A stretch of 64,000 bases of DNA from Macrostomum lignano. Lineage: Eukaryota. The stretch lies in contig NIVC01000577.1 in NCBI GenBank assembly GCA_002269645.1, forward strand, positions 1-64,000, read 5' to 3'. The translations under genes were made by a program, and so were the position numbers. Below are positions 11,690 to 23,059 of this stretch, piece by piece; positions within the stretch are counted from its first letter, which is position 1; each line of letters opens with the position of its first letter. The notes below the pieces were generated by a model. That model had not been told where the DNA came from. It made no database searches and saw only the letters and a list, made by a program, of their open reading frames with translations.

Positions 11690-12480
11690 ATGGGATCGAC
11701 AACATCCCTGCCCACCCTTGGCCGGGGAAATCCGCACAGTAATTACACAGCCGCTAAGCGCAGTGCATCTTCTGCTGGAACCGACAAGCAGCATAAAAAG
11801 CAGCAATCTTCCTCCTCTAATGGCGCTAATTCTCTTGCCAGATCGAAGAGCTGTAGCAATGCCAATTTTGGCAAGCAGCAAAAGCAACATTTGCTTCAAC
11901 AGCAGCAGCAGAATGGCGGCTTGGAATCCACAGTGGAGCCGGCAACCAATGGTAGCCAATGGCACAAGGTGTCCAATGGTAACTATGCCCCAGAGCCGGA
12001 GAAAACTCTTGCATCAACAACTTCTTTGCAGAAGCAAAAGCAACAGCAGAGATTGAAAAATCTTCAGCGACCGCCAGCAAACGGCGGCCTAGTTGGCCTG
12101 AACAACCTCGGCAATACCTGCTATATGAATAGCATTCTGCAGTGCCTGAGTCACACCGAGCCTCTGTTGCGTCACTTCGTGCTGGAGCGACGCTTTCAAC
12201 CAAGCGCCGGGCGAAACGGCAGCGGTCTGGCCAAGGCCTACGCCAATCTCATGCTGCGAATGTGGGCGGCGTCTGCCTCCCCAACTGGCGCTGACTGCAC
12301 CAGCCCGACCGAGCTGAAGCAGTGCGTAGCGCAATACGCGCCGAGGTTCCGCGGCTACAGTCAGCAGGATGCGCAAGAGTTCCTGCGCTATTTGCTAGAG
12401 GGACTTCACGAGGACCTGAATCTGGTCTCGGTCCGACCTAAGCTGCCGCCTGTTGATTATGAGCATCTGGACTTGCTTTC
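11690..12480 (+). CDS. USP2: USP2-like ubiquitin-specific protease, coding exon 1
   Basis: Cys box GLNNLGNTCYMNSILQCL and QQDAQEFLRYLLEGLH. GTGAGT donor at 12481, phase 2. Confidence 0.93.
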
Positions 12481-12521
12481 GTGAGTGCTCTGGACTGAGT
12501 TCTTCCACCCGCTTTGTTCTC

Positions 12522-13057
12522 CAGTTGCTGGGCCAGCCTCCTTGATCCTTAGTTGCCGGGCCAGCCTCCCAGATCCTCAGTTGCTGGGCCAGCCTCATTG
12601 ATCCTTAGTTGCCGGGCCAGCCTCCCAGATCCTCAGTTGCTGGGCCAGCCTCCCAGATCCTCAGTTGCTGGGCCAGCCTCCCAGATCCTCAGTTGCTAGG
12701 CCAGCCTCCCAGATCCTCAGTTGCTGGGCCAGCCTCCCAGATCCTCAGTTGCTGGGCCAGCCTCCCAGATCCTCAGTTGCTAGGCCAGTCTCCCAGATCC
12801 TTAGTTGCTAGGCCAGCCTCCCAGATCCTCAGTTGCTGGGCCAGCCTCCCAGATCCTCAGTTGCTAGGCCAGTCTCCCAGATCCTTAGTTGCTAGGCCAG
12901 CCTCCCAGATCCTCAGTTGCTAGGCCAGTCTCCCAGATCCTTAGTTGCTGGGCCAGCCTCCCAGATCCTCAGTTGCTAGGCCAGCCTCCCAGATCCTCAG
13001 TTGCTGGGCCAGCCTCCCAGATCCTCAGTTGCTGGGCCAGCCTCCCAGATCCTCAGT
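12522..13057. repeat. Intronic minisatellite, 28-bp unit GTTGCTGGGCCAGCCTCCCAGATCCTCA, about 19 copies
   Basis: Read directly; occupies about 90% of USP2 intron 1. Confidence 0.97.
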
Positions 13058-13080
13058 TTGAGCACTAAACTCGTTTGCAG

Positions 13081-13249
13081 GGACGATGACAAAGCGGACG
13101 AGCTGTGGCAGCGCTACCTGCAGCAGGAGAACAGCCCAGTTGTTGAAGCGTTCGTTGGCCAGCTGAAATCCACTCTGGAGTGCTGCCACTGCTCGCACAA
13201 ATCCGTCACTTTTGATCCTTTTTGGGATTTGGCTCTGCCCATTCCAGGG
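13081..13249 (+). CDS. USP2: USP2-like coding exon 2 (DDDKADELWQRY...FVGQLKSTLECCHC...FDPFWDLALPIPG)
   Basis: CAG acceptor at 13080, GTAAG donor at 13250, phases consistent. Matches USP2 FVGQLKSSLTC..FDPFWDLSLPI. Confidence 0.93.
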
Positions 13250-13349
13250 GTAAGCTTTCAATTCTCTATAGATTTTTTTGCAAATTTGCGTCTATTGTTA
13301 GTAGTGTTATTGGAACGTGTCGAGCTTATTTTCCAATAATATTGTGCAG

Positions 13350-13599
13350 AAATCGCGCACAAGTCTGGACGCCTGTCTGAAGTTGTTCACCAATCAGGAG
13401 ACTCTGGACGGAAACGAGCGGCCAACTTGCGACCGATGTCGATGTCGCAGGAAATGCGTCAAGCGTTTTCACCTGTATCGATTGCCCAGCGTTTTGGTGA
13501 TTCATCTGATGCGCTTCTCTGGCGAACGGTTCAAAACGAAGTTAAATACTCTTGTTGAGTATCCTATGGAGCTGGACGTTAGCGAGTTTCTCGATAAAA
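13350..13599 (+). CDS. USP2: USP2-like coding exon 3 (KSRTSLDACL...ERPTCDRC...LVIHLMRFS...YPMELD)
   Basis: CAG acceptor, GTGAGT donor at 13600, phase 1. Contains the second CxxC of the USP fingers subdomain. Confidence 0.92.
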
Positions 13600-13642
13600 G
13601 TGAGTTTGCGAGTATTAAATGCTTTTTAATAAGTGGCTTATG

Positions 13643-14410
13643 ATTTTATTGGGTGGTGGGTGTTTTATTTGATGGTGGGTGTTTTATGTGATAGTGGGTG
13701 TTTTATGAGGTGGTGGGTGTCTTAAGGGGTGGTGGGTGTCTTAAGGGGTGGTTTGTGTTTTATGGGGTGGTGGGTGTTTTATTGGGTGGTGGGCGTCTTA
13801 TGTGGTATTGGCTGTTTTATTGGTTGGTGTGTGTTTTATAGAGTGGTGGGTGTCTTATGGGGTGGTGGGTGATTTTATGGGGTGGTGGGTGATTTTATGG
13901 GGTGGTGGGTGATTTTATGGAGTGGTGGGTGATTTTATGGGGTGGTGGGCGTTTTATGAGACGGTGGGTTTTTATGTGATGGTGGGTGTCTTATGGGGTG
14001 GTGGGTGTCTTATGGGGTGGTGAGTGTCTTAAGGGATGGTTTGTGTCTTAAGGGGTGGGTTGTGTTTTATGGGGTGGTAGGTGTTTTATTGGGTGGTGGG
14101 CGTTTTATGTGGTATTGGGTGTTTTATGGAGTGGTGGGTGTCTTATGGGGTGGTGGGTGGTTTTATGGGGTTGTGGGTGTCTTATGGGGTGGTGGGTGAT
14201 TTTTTGGGGTGGTGGGTGATTTTATGGGGTGGTGGGTGATTTTATGGGGTGGTGGGTGTTTTATGGGTGGTGGGTGATTTTATGGGGTGGTGGGTGTTTT
14301 ATGGGTGGTGGGTGATTTTATGGGGTGGTGGGTGATTTTATGGGGTGGTGGGTGTTTTATGGGGTGGTGGGTGTTTTATGGGGTGGTGGGTGATTTTATG
14401 GGGTGGTGGG
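13643..14410. repeat. Intronic G-rich minisatellite, about 20-bp unit GGGGTGGTGGGTGATTTTAT
   Basis: Read directly; degenerate 5' part and more homogeneous 3' part; lies in USP2 intron 3. Confidence 0.95.
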
Positions 14411-14584
14411 TCATTTGTGGGTAATGATGGGCAGATGGGTGGGTGTAGGGGTACTACATTGTCAGAGTGGCTTATTGGTCAACCTGGCAGAGTACTGACC
14501 GATCCGGTAGTTAAAGAGGGCAGACTCCAAGGTACAATGTGTCTCTGAGGCATGAAAATACTGATTCCCCTCGCGCCCCGCCAG

Positions 14585-14907
14585 AATGCCGGCTCCGCCA
14601 GACGCCGCAGTACCGGCTGTACGCAGTCAGCGAGCACGCTGGTACACCCTACGGCGGTCACTACACGGCTGTTGTACGACACGCCGGCACAGGCCGCTGG
14701 CTGCGGTACAACGACAACCGGGTCGAGGAGGCTTCAACGAGGTCCGTCGTCAGCACCGAAGGCTACGTGCTGTTCTACTCCAGAGTGGACAGCCAACCCG
14801 CCGAAGAGGTCGGCGACGACGACAACGAGGGCGACGACCCCGTGCGTGAAAACGGCGAGGACGAAGAGAACACGGAGAAGCACGTGATGGCGAATGGCAA
14901 TCATTAA
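14585..14907 (+). CDS. USP2: USP2-like final coding exon (His box and acidic tail)
   Basis: YRLYAVSEHAGTPYGGHYTA, YNDNRV and GYVLFY motifs; CAG acceptor at 14584 in the correct phase; TAA at 14905-14907. Confidence 0.92.
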
Positions 14908-14984
14908 GATTTTTATGTATCCTGATGCAGATGCGAGATTAGGGACTTTGATACTGGTTAAGGTTTGTCATCAAAGTATTTGTC

Positions 14985-15670
14985 CGATCCCAAATCTACA
15001 TAGAATGATCCCAGATTCCAAATCTATATAGATAAATCCCAGATCCCAAATCTATATAGATAAATCCCAGATCCCAAATCTGTATAGATAAATCCCAGAC
15101 CCCAAATCTATATAAAATGATCCCAGACCCCAAATCTATATAGATAAATCCCAGATCCCAAATCTGTATAGATAAATCCCAGATCCCAAATCTGTATAGA
15201 TAAATCCCAGATCCCAAATCTGTATAGATAAATCCCAGATCCCAAATCTAGATAGATAAATCCCAGATCCCAAATCTAGATAGATAAATCCCAGATCCCA
15301 AATCTAGATAGATAAATCCCAGATCCCAAATCTACATAGAATGATCCCGGATCACAAATCTAGATAGATAAATCCCAGATCCCAAATCTAGATAGATAAA
15401 TCCCAGATCCCAAATCTAGATAGATAAATCCCAGACCCCAAATCTAGATAGATAAATCCCAGATCCCAAATCTAGATAGATAAATCCCAGACCCCAAATC
15501 TAGATAGATAAATCCCAGACCCCAAATCTAGATAGATAAATCCCAGATCCCAAATCTAGATAGATAAATCCCAGACCCCAAATCTAGATAGATAAATCCC
15601 AGATCCCAAATCTAGATAGATAAATCCCAGATCCCAAATCTAGATAGATAAATCCCAGATCCCAAATCAA
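14985..15670. repeat. Minisatellite, 28-bp unit ATAAATCCCAGATCCCAAATCTAGATAG, about 24 copies
   Basis: Read directly; begins about 80 bp after the USP2 stop codon. Confidence 0.96.
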
Positions 15671-16239
15671 GACAATCCTTCACAAAGGCGTCTGTTGTAA
15701 GAGAGAGAATGTTGAATCCGCAAAAAATCCTCAGCTGCTTTTATATAATCGCCATCTCTGACCCAAATATAATGCTAGTCTTGCAAAGTCACTGCAGCTT
15801 TTGACTGTCAAAGATTGCGTCAAAATCTTCACACACGAATTTCTTGAAATTATCAAACGTCAATGTGTTTTTGTGCATGCTAAATTGAAGTCGATGCTAA
15901 AATTATCAGCTAATTTTTATTTCTGATGCTAAACAGTTTCTTCAATTTTTACCTGGGCGCCCAAGGTGTGGCTTCGGTCTTTACTTGGCATATGTTTACT
16001 GTTTCAAGCCTCGGTTGTAATTATTATGAGAGAGACGTATTAGCTATTTTATTATATAAATATAGACGTCATATTTTTTGTTTTACTCTTAAGACATAGA
16101 TAATTTATTTAAAATGATTGACACTTTGCGCCCAAGCTTTATCCAAGGCTTTTCAGCCTTCCTGCCCTTGCTTGTCATTTGTGTTGCGGCTGGCCAGCTG
16201 CTTGTTCGAGTTAGTACTTTTATTGTTTGCTCACTTGTC

Positions 16240-16477
16240 TCCGGCTCTGTCTTCTCTTCTCTTTCTCCCTCTGCCTCCCTCTCTATCTTCCTCCTTGTCT
16301 CCCTCTCTCTGTCTCCCTCTACTCCCTCCTTGTCTCCCTCTCTGTCTCCCTCTAATCCCTCCTTGTCTCCCTCTCTGTCTCCCTCTCTATCTCCCTCCCG
16401 GTCTCTCTCTCTCTCTCTCTCTCTCTGTCTCCCTTGATCTCTCTCCTTCTCTCTCTCTCTTTCTCTCTCTCTCTCTG

Positions 16478-16545
<68 letters not shown>

Positions 16546-16551
16546 CCTCGA

Positions 16552-16604
<53 letters not shown>

Positions 16605-16700
16605 TCTCTCTCTCTGTTTGTCTCCCTCTATCCCCCTCCTTGTCTCCTCCGTCTCCCTCTATTTCCCTCTCTGTCTCCGCTATCTCTCTCTCTCTCTGTT
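16240..16700. repeat. (CT)n-rich polypyrimidine microsatellite
   Basis: Read directly. Confidence 0.95.
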
Positions 16701-17559
16701 TCCCACTATAACTCTCCCACAGTTTCCTTTACCAGGCGCCTGAAAGGATAGACATAAATATAGTAGTATACAAAGACCTACTACTTCAAATACCTATTTC
16801 TTGTGTCTTCATCCTACCAAATTATGTTTTCAGTTGTACCCAGTTTCAAGAATTCAATATTGCTATAAGAATTGTAAATAACTAGACCATAAAATGTTTA
16901 ATATAGGTTTTTTTCAATGTATTTACTGCTCACTATGACTGTTACGATGCTGTTTATGTGTGGATCCAATCATGTTCACGTTTGAACCGCACCATTCTTT
17001 TTCTACTTGCCCTTAATATTTATTATATTCTGGTATATAATATTTCTTTTTTGTTTGTCTTTTGTTATAACTTTTCCCTGCTGACAATTAGGTACATTTC
17101 GAACTTTTATCCCTAATAAAATGTCCCTAAAATGTGACGTGGTAACGCTTTCTCTCCGACTGATTTTGACAATATTTTCTGTCAAGTTATTTTTCTATAT
17201 GATTTGCTGCTTACTACTTAATTAATGCTATAAGTAGTATCGGAAAAAAATTAAAAATAGTCTGCCAGATTTGTTTATTTATGCTTATTTTTCAAAACAC
17301 ATTTTCCCTGACCCCATTAGAATGATTTTCTTCACGTTAAATTGGAAATTAAAAAATATTTGATTAAAAATTTCCATTAAATAAAAACTATTAGAATAGG
17401 CGGTGTGGGCAAATATTCTGAATGCCTTGAATTAAATATTGACTGCGTTAGCGCTTTTCTTCCTTTACTTTTTTAGTTCAAAATCATCTTAGATTCTGTT
17501 GTTTTTTTCAGTTATGGTCCAAAATAATATGTTCTGCCGTTGGCCGCCGCTAAATACCC

Positions 17560-18430
17560 TTCAGGTCATTCAGTTGGCTGCTAAATTCCCTTCAGGTCAT
17601 TCAGTTGGCTGCTAAATTCCCTTCAGGTCATTCAGTTGGCTGCTAAATTCCCTTCAGGTCATTCAGTTGGCTGCTAAATTCCCTTCAGGTCATTCAGTTG
17701 GCTGCTAAATTCCCTTCAGGACGTTCAGTTGGCTGCTAAATTCCCTTCAGGACGTTCAGTTGGCTGCTAAATTCCCTTCAGGTCCTTCACTTGTCTGCTA
17801 AATTCCTTTCAGGTCCTTCAGTTGGCTGCTAAATTCCCTTCAGGTCCTTCACTTGTCTGCTAAATTCCTTTCAGGTCCTTCAGTTGGCTGCTAAATTCCC
17901 TTCAGGTCCTTCATTTATCTGCTAAATTCCCTTCAGGTCCTTCAGTTGGCTGCTAAATTCCCTTCGGGTTCTTCAGTTGGCTGCTAAATTCCTTTCAGGT
18001 CCTTCAGTTGGCTGCTAAATTCCCTTCAGGTCCTTCAGTTGGCTGCTAAATTCCCTTCAGGTCCTTCAGTTGGCTGCTAAATTCCCTTCGGGTTCTTCAG
18101 TTGGCTGCTAAATTCCTTTCAGGTCCTTCAGTTGGCTGCTAAATTCCTTTCAGGTCCTTCAGTTGGCTGCTAAATTCCCTTCAGGTCCTTCAGTTGTTGG
18201 CTGATAAATTCCCTTCAGGACATTCTGTTGACTGCTAAATTCCCTTCAGGTCCTTCAGTTGTTGGCTGATAAATTCCCTTCAGGACATTCTGTTGACTGC
18301 TAAATTCCCTTCAGGTCCTTCAGTTGTTGGCTGATAAATTCCCTTCAGGACATTCTGTTGACTGCTAAATTCCCTTCAGGTCCTTCAGTTGTTGGCTGAT
18401 AAATTCCCTTCAGGACATTCTGTTGACTGC
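17560..18430. repeat. Minisatellite, 31-bp unit CAGTTGGCTGCTAAATTCCCTTCAGGTCCTT, about 27 copies; the last part is a 34+31 dimer repeated about 4 times
   Basis: Read directly. Confidence 0.96.
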
Positions 18431-19335
18431 CATCTTCCATCAGTGGTTCGTCGCTAAAGTCCCTTCGGGTCCTTCAGTTGAACATTAATTTCCTCACCGT
18501 TTTTTTAATTCAAAGCAAGAAATGCAACTTAAACTCGTATATTTGTTTCCTCAAGCCGCTCACTTGCGTCTATTATCACAATTAGAAGCAGATTTACCAC
18601 ACGTTTATATTTTATATTTTTTGGAAAAATATTGTTTCAACAGCAATGTACACAGAGGAGTCAAATTATGCTAATTTTAAAAAGTTGCTTAGATGGACGT
18701 CGCGAATTAATATAAATGATTGCCGAATGTTTTCTATTGAACTAAATAGTGAACATTTTCAAATAGTATCAGACTAAATGCATGCGATGAAATCACAGCG
18801 ATTGTGAATGCTTCCATTTGCAAACAGCTGTGCGACCTTGAGGTAATACATATGAATGTAAGCAATCAAAATACTCGTACATCAGGAGGGTGCATTGAAT
18901 ATAGAATCTAGATTCAGATGGCTCAATGATGGTTGGAATGTTTATTTGCTTGTCTGATCTGAAAAAGGTTTCCAAGTGATATTGTACTACTCATGTCAGT
19001 ATGCCGCGCGTGTGTGTTGAATGAGGTCAAAGTTTTTGTGGTATGTATGCATTTAGCTTTTCTCGTAAACTTTTACAAAATGGTAATTAGTCGCAAGCAA
19101 AATTGCCCATAAACAGAGCTGCTATTACCGCACATCATAAGGAGGTGCGACGCATGTAACTGCATGTCTTTGTTGTGTCTTTGCTATTCGTTGGAACGTG
19201 TAAAACTTCACTTCTACGCATGGCGCTTTTTCATTATTGTTTGTCAAGCATTCAATTGTTGTTATTCAAACCTTCCCAAATTAACTAGCGACACCCCTAA
19301 CAGGTACCAATCCTGCCTAATAAGGGGAACTCCTT

Positions 19336-19920
19336 TCTAACAGGTGACACACCTGTCTAACAGGTGACACACCTGTCTAACAGGTGACACACCTGTCTAA
19401 CAGGTGACACACCTGTCTAACAGGTGACACACCTGTCTAACAGGTGACACACCTGTCTAACAGGTGACACACCTGTCTAACAGGTGACACACCTGTCTAA
19501 CAGGTGACACACCTGTCTAACAGGTGACACACCTGTCTAACAGGTGACACACCTGTCTAACAGGTGACACACCTGTCTAACAGGTAACACACTTGTCTAA
19601 CAGGTAACACACCTGTCTAACAGGTGACACACCTGTCTTACAGGTGATTCTCCTGTCTAACAGGTAACACACTTGTCTAACAGGTGACACACCTGTCTAA
19701 CAGGTGACACACCTGTCTAACAGGTAACACACTTGTCTAACAGGTGACATACTTGTCTAACAGGTAACACACTTGTCTAACAGGTGACATACTTGTCTAA
19801 CAGGTGACACACATGTCTAAAATGTGACACACCTGTCTAACCTGTGACACACCTGTCTAACCTGTGACACCTTTCTAACATTTGACACCTGTCTAACAGG
19901 TGGCACACCTGTCTAACAGG
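19336..19920. repeat. Palindromic minisatellite, 20-bp unit TCTAACAGGTGACACACCTG, about 29 copies
   Basis: Read directly; each unit contains CAGGTG-ACA-CACCTG. Confidence 0.96.
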
Positions 19921-20268
19921 TTACATAATTTTGTGTACTCGAATTCGACATGTCGCCAAGCATTTCCAACTGCAACGCTACTTTTTATCTACTTTTATCA
20001 AGCTAGACAAACTGCTCCTGCTCAAGATCGGAGTCATCGGACTCATTCTCATCCGTCCGATCGATAATTGGCACCTGAGCCTCATCTTCGTCGTCGAGTC
20101 CGCCGCCTGAGGCGGCCGCAGGTGCAGCCGCTGACGCCGACGTTGTCGACATGACAGACGAGAAGTCCACAGAGAGTTTTTTCCTGCCCGAGGCGGCGCC
20201 AACGTGGCTGCAGAACAAGTTGCCCAGGCTGCTGCGGCTGTTGCTGATGCCGCTCGGGCCCGTCACTG

Positions 20269-20699
20269 TCACCGTGACGATCGGGGCGGCGGCGGCGGTG
20301 GCAGCAGCGGCGGTGGCTGCTGCTCAAGAGTGGCCGAAGTGGTTATAGTAGTTGCTGCTGCTACGGAAGTGGCCGCGACGAGCGGCTGAGCAGTCGGCGC
20401 CACAGGAGACGGTGGCGCTCCGGTGCCAGCGACTGCCGCGGCGCCGCGGTTTTTCTTGATGAGCCCGTTGAGAATTTTGTCGTCCGTGGCGGCTTTGTTG
20501 TCGTAGCTGCGCTGCTGAATGTAGCGCTTGTTGCCACCTTGGCCGTAGCGGCCGCCGCCCTGGCTGGCTAGGCTGCTGTTCAGGTCTTTGGTCATGATCT
20601 TCAAGTACTTGTTCTCCTTCATCTGGTTCTGCATGTACTTGTAGTAGGTGTTGAAGTTGTTGCCGATGATGGGGATGGCCAGGCCAGTAACGATGCAGC
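20269..20699 (-). CDS. Kv (Shaw-like) final coding exon: end of S6 (GCIVTGLAIPIIGNNFNTYY) and C-terminal tail. Stop at 20269 as assembled, or at 20003 if one base is missing
   Basis: CAG acceptor at 20700, phase 1, joins VS-G-CIVT in frame. The NNF..YY motif is typical of the Kv post-S6 segment. Confidence 0.85.
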
Positions 20700-20769
20700 C
20701 TGCGAAAAAAAATGAATTGAAAATATTTCACCGAACTCTGCGTGTTCGATTAAACTTACAAGCAATAAG

Positions 20770-21125
20770 GACGGGTGCACTATTCAAGAACACGCGCACT
20801 TATCAAGGACACTTGCACTAATCAAGGACACGTGCACTTATCAAGGGCACGCGTACTAAATTAAGGACACGCGCACTAATTCAAGGACACACGCACTAAT
20901 CCAAGGACGCGTGCACTTAGTCAAGGGCACGCGTACTAAATCAAGGAAGGACACGCGCACTAATTCAAGGACACGCGCACTAATTAAAGGACACGCGCAC
21001 TAATTTAAGGTCACGGGCACTAAATCATAAACACGCGTACCAGTTCAAGGACGCGCGCACTAATCAATGATACGTGTGCGTAATATATGGCACGCGTACT
21101 AATAAATAGACACGTGTACTAATAA
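20770..21125. repeat. Degenerate repeat, about 21-bp unit AATCAAGGACACGCGCACTA, about 16 copies
   Basis: Read directly; lies in Kv intron 2 about 70 bp from the acceptor. Confidence 0.85.
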
Positions 21126-23059
21126 AAGTACCGGCACACGATCAGTAAAATATTGAAATTTTTATCACCTGCTACTTAATCATAAGTAGTCAAGTTAGGC
21201 ATGCTTATTTAGGCTCTAATAGCTAGTTTGCTACAGTCTTGCCAGCAATTGCTGCAGTGAAAATTGCCCTTGACCAGGCCAAGCGAATGAATAAATGGCC
21301 TAACGCCGCCGCCAACCCTATAGTTATAGCTACTTAAATCCCAGTAACCAAGTGGCTTAAGCCATTTTTCCGATAAGAAGCTAATGAAATCTACTGCATG
21401 GATCTGAGGGAGAGGATGATGAGAGTAGAGTGGGGGGCAGGTTTATCGTTTATCGACCTGGGCGTGTGGCCTTGCCAACGGCCTGGGTCCTCTCTCCCCA
21501 TCCTCTCCGCGGCTCAATTCCCAATAGGGGCCAGGGATGATGACTTGCATTATAAGGGAAGAATTGCCCTTATACGCGTAGCCGAACTTCTCACCCAACT
21601 CAGCCCCGATGGCTGCTTGTTGGGAACAGACTCGACAAAAAATATATACGCCTTTTACTGTAACACTGGCCAATGTTCAGAAATTGTAAAAATTAAATTT
21701 ATAGTCAGGAATCCTTTGGATGTATAAGAACCTAAAATGTGATCCATAATATTTTGAGAAGATTTCAGCGGTTAAATCAGTTCCGCATCGGATGTTGCTT
21801 AATTATAGAGTTATCTCAGCTTCCGGAATGCTCTAGATTTTTAAGTACGGTATAACAAAGAAAATGGAAAAGTTATTAACTTTAAAGTTATTAAAAATAA
21901 TAAAAATTTTGTGAGTATAAATAAAAATAGAAAACTTTCTAGAAAATAAAAGTACATATTTTATTTGTATTCTTTTGTTACGAGCTAAAATGTTCTAAAC
22001 TGATTAATTTAATTTAGTTTAATTTAATTTTGTGACTGCATCTTAAAAGCGGTACATTTGTTACTGTGCTAAATTCAGAATTGCTTATTTATCCAGTAAT
22101 TTAAAAGTACATAAAAAAGTTTTGCTGGTGCCAATAATTTTTTTAGATTCATATTTTGTAGATGTATTTGTCTAATCAGAACCTGCTTTTTATCAAGCCT
22201 GCATTTAGTTTATAAAGCTTCGAATTGAGCTTAACACCTGATTATATTTCAACTATGCAGATATTTGATGAATCATTAATTGCTACTGTTACGAACAGAA
22301 CTCCGAACTACACAATTGGCAAGAGAAGGCATATGATAACGAATTGTTGATTAAGCGTAGTCCATGTCAGCATAGCTGCAAGCGTAATCTATATGTGTAT
22401 GACTGACGACTTGCGCACCGAGTGATTCCTTTCCCTGATCCTCACGCCCGCATAGTCAAGCCGAATGTGGAGCAGGACCGGGTGTGCATGCATGATCCAT
22501 CGCCGCCTCTATTATGCCCACAGCCAAGACTCTGCCCGGCTGGCTATGGTCGTGTATTGATTGGAAAAGCAGAAGTGAGAGACGGTTGGAGGGCTCAGGG
22601 CCTGACTGAGCGGGCCACGGCAGCCAGAGCCGTGTAAGCAGTCTCAGAGCCAGAAACGACACTAGATATGCCAGTTCGTGCACTTTCTCGACGGTTCTCA
22701 CGTCATCTCTCAAAAAATATGAGAAAAAAATTCAAATCCTTCCCCCTCCCTAACCGCCCGCTGGGCTCTGGAGGTTGAGATTACATCGACTCTGGAAAAT
22801 TTTTTCGTGTCCATCAACTTTCTTCATCCCCGGGACAGCAGGAATTTTACCTGGGACTAAAGGTAGATTTTGCCAGCCCTCTGATCCCCACCCCACATGA
22901 CTCAAAGGAAACGGAAGTTCTCTGCTTACTATAGCAGGCTGGTGGACTGCAGAAATTTATAATCTTTCTGAAAATAATCTCCAGTGCTTGCCGACTCTGC
23001 TCAGCCTGAGGGATAATTACTGCCAGTCTCAACTGCCATCTAAGCATTCTAAATGAGAG

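Noticed and set aside
21410-21506. Hairpin GAGAGGATGATGAGAG / CTCTCCCCATCCTCTC as a possible miRNA precursor
   Set aside because: Only 14 of 16 low-complexity pairs, with a poorly paired interior.
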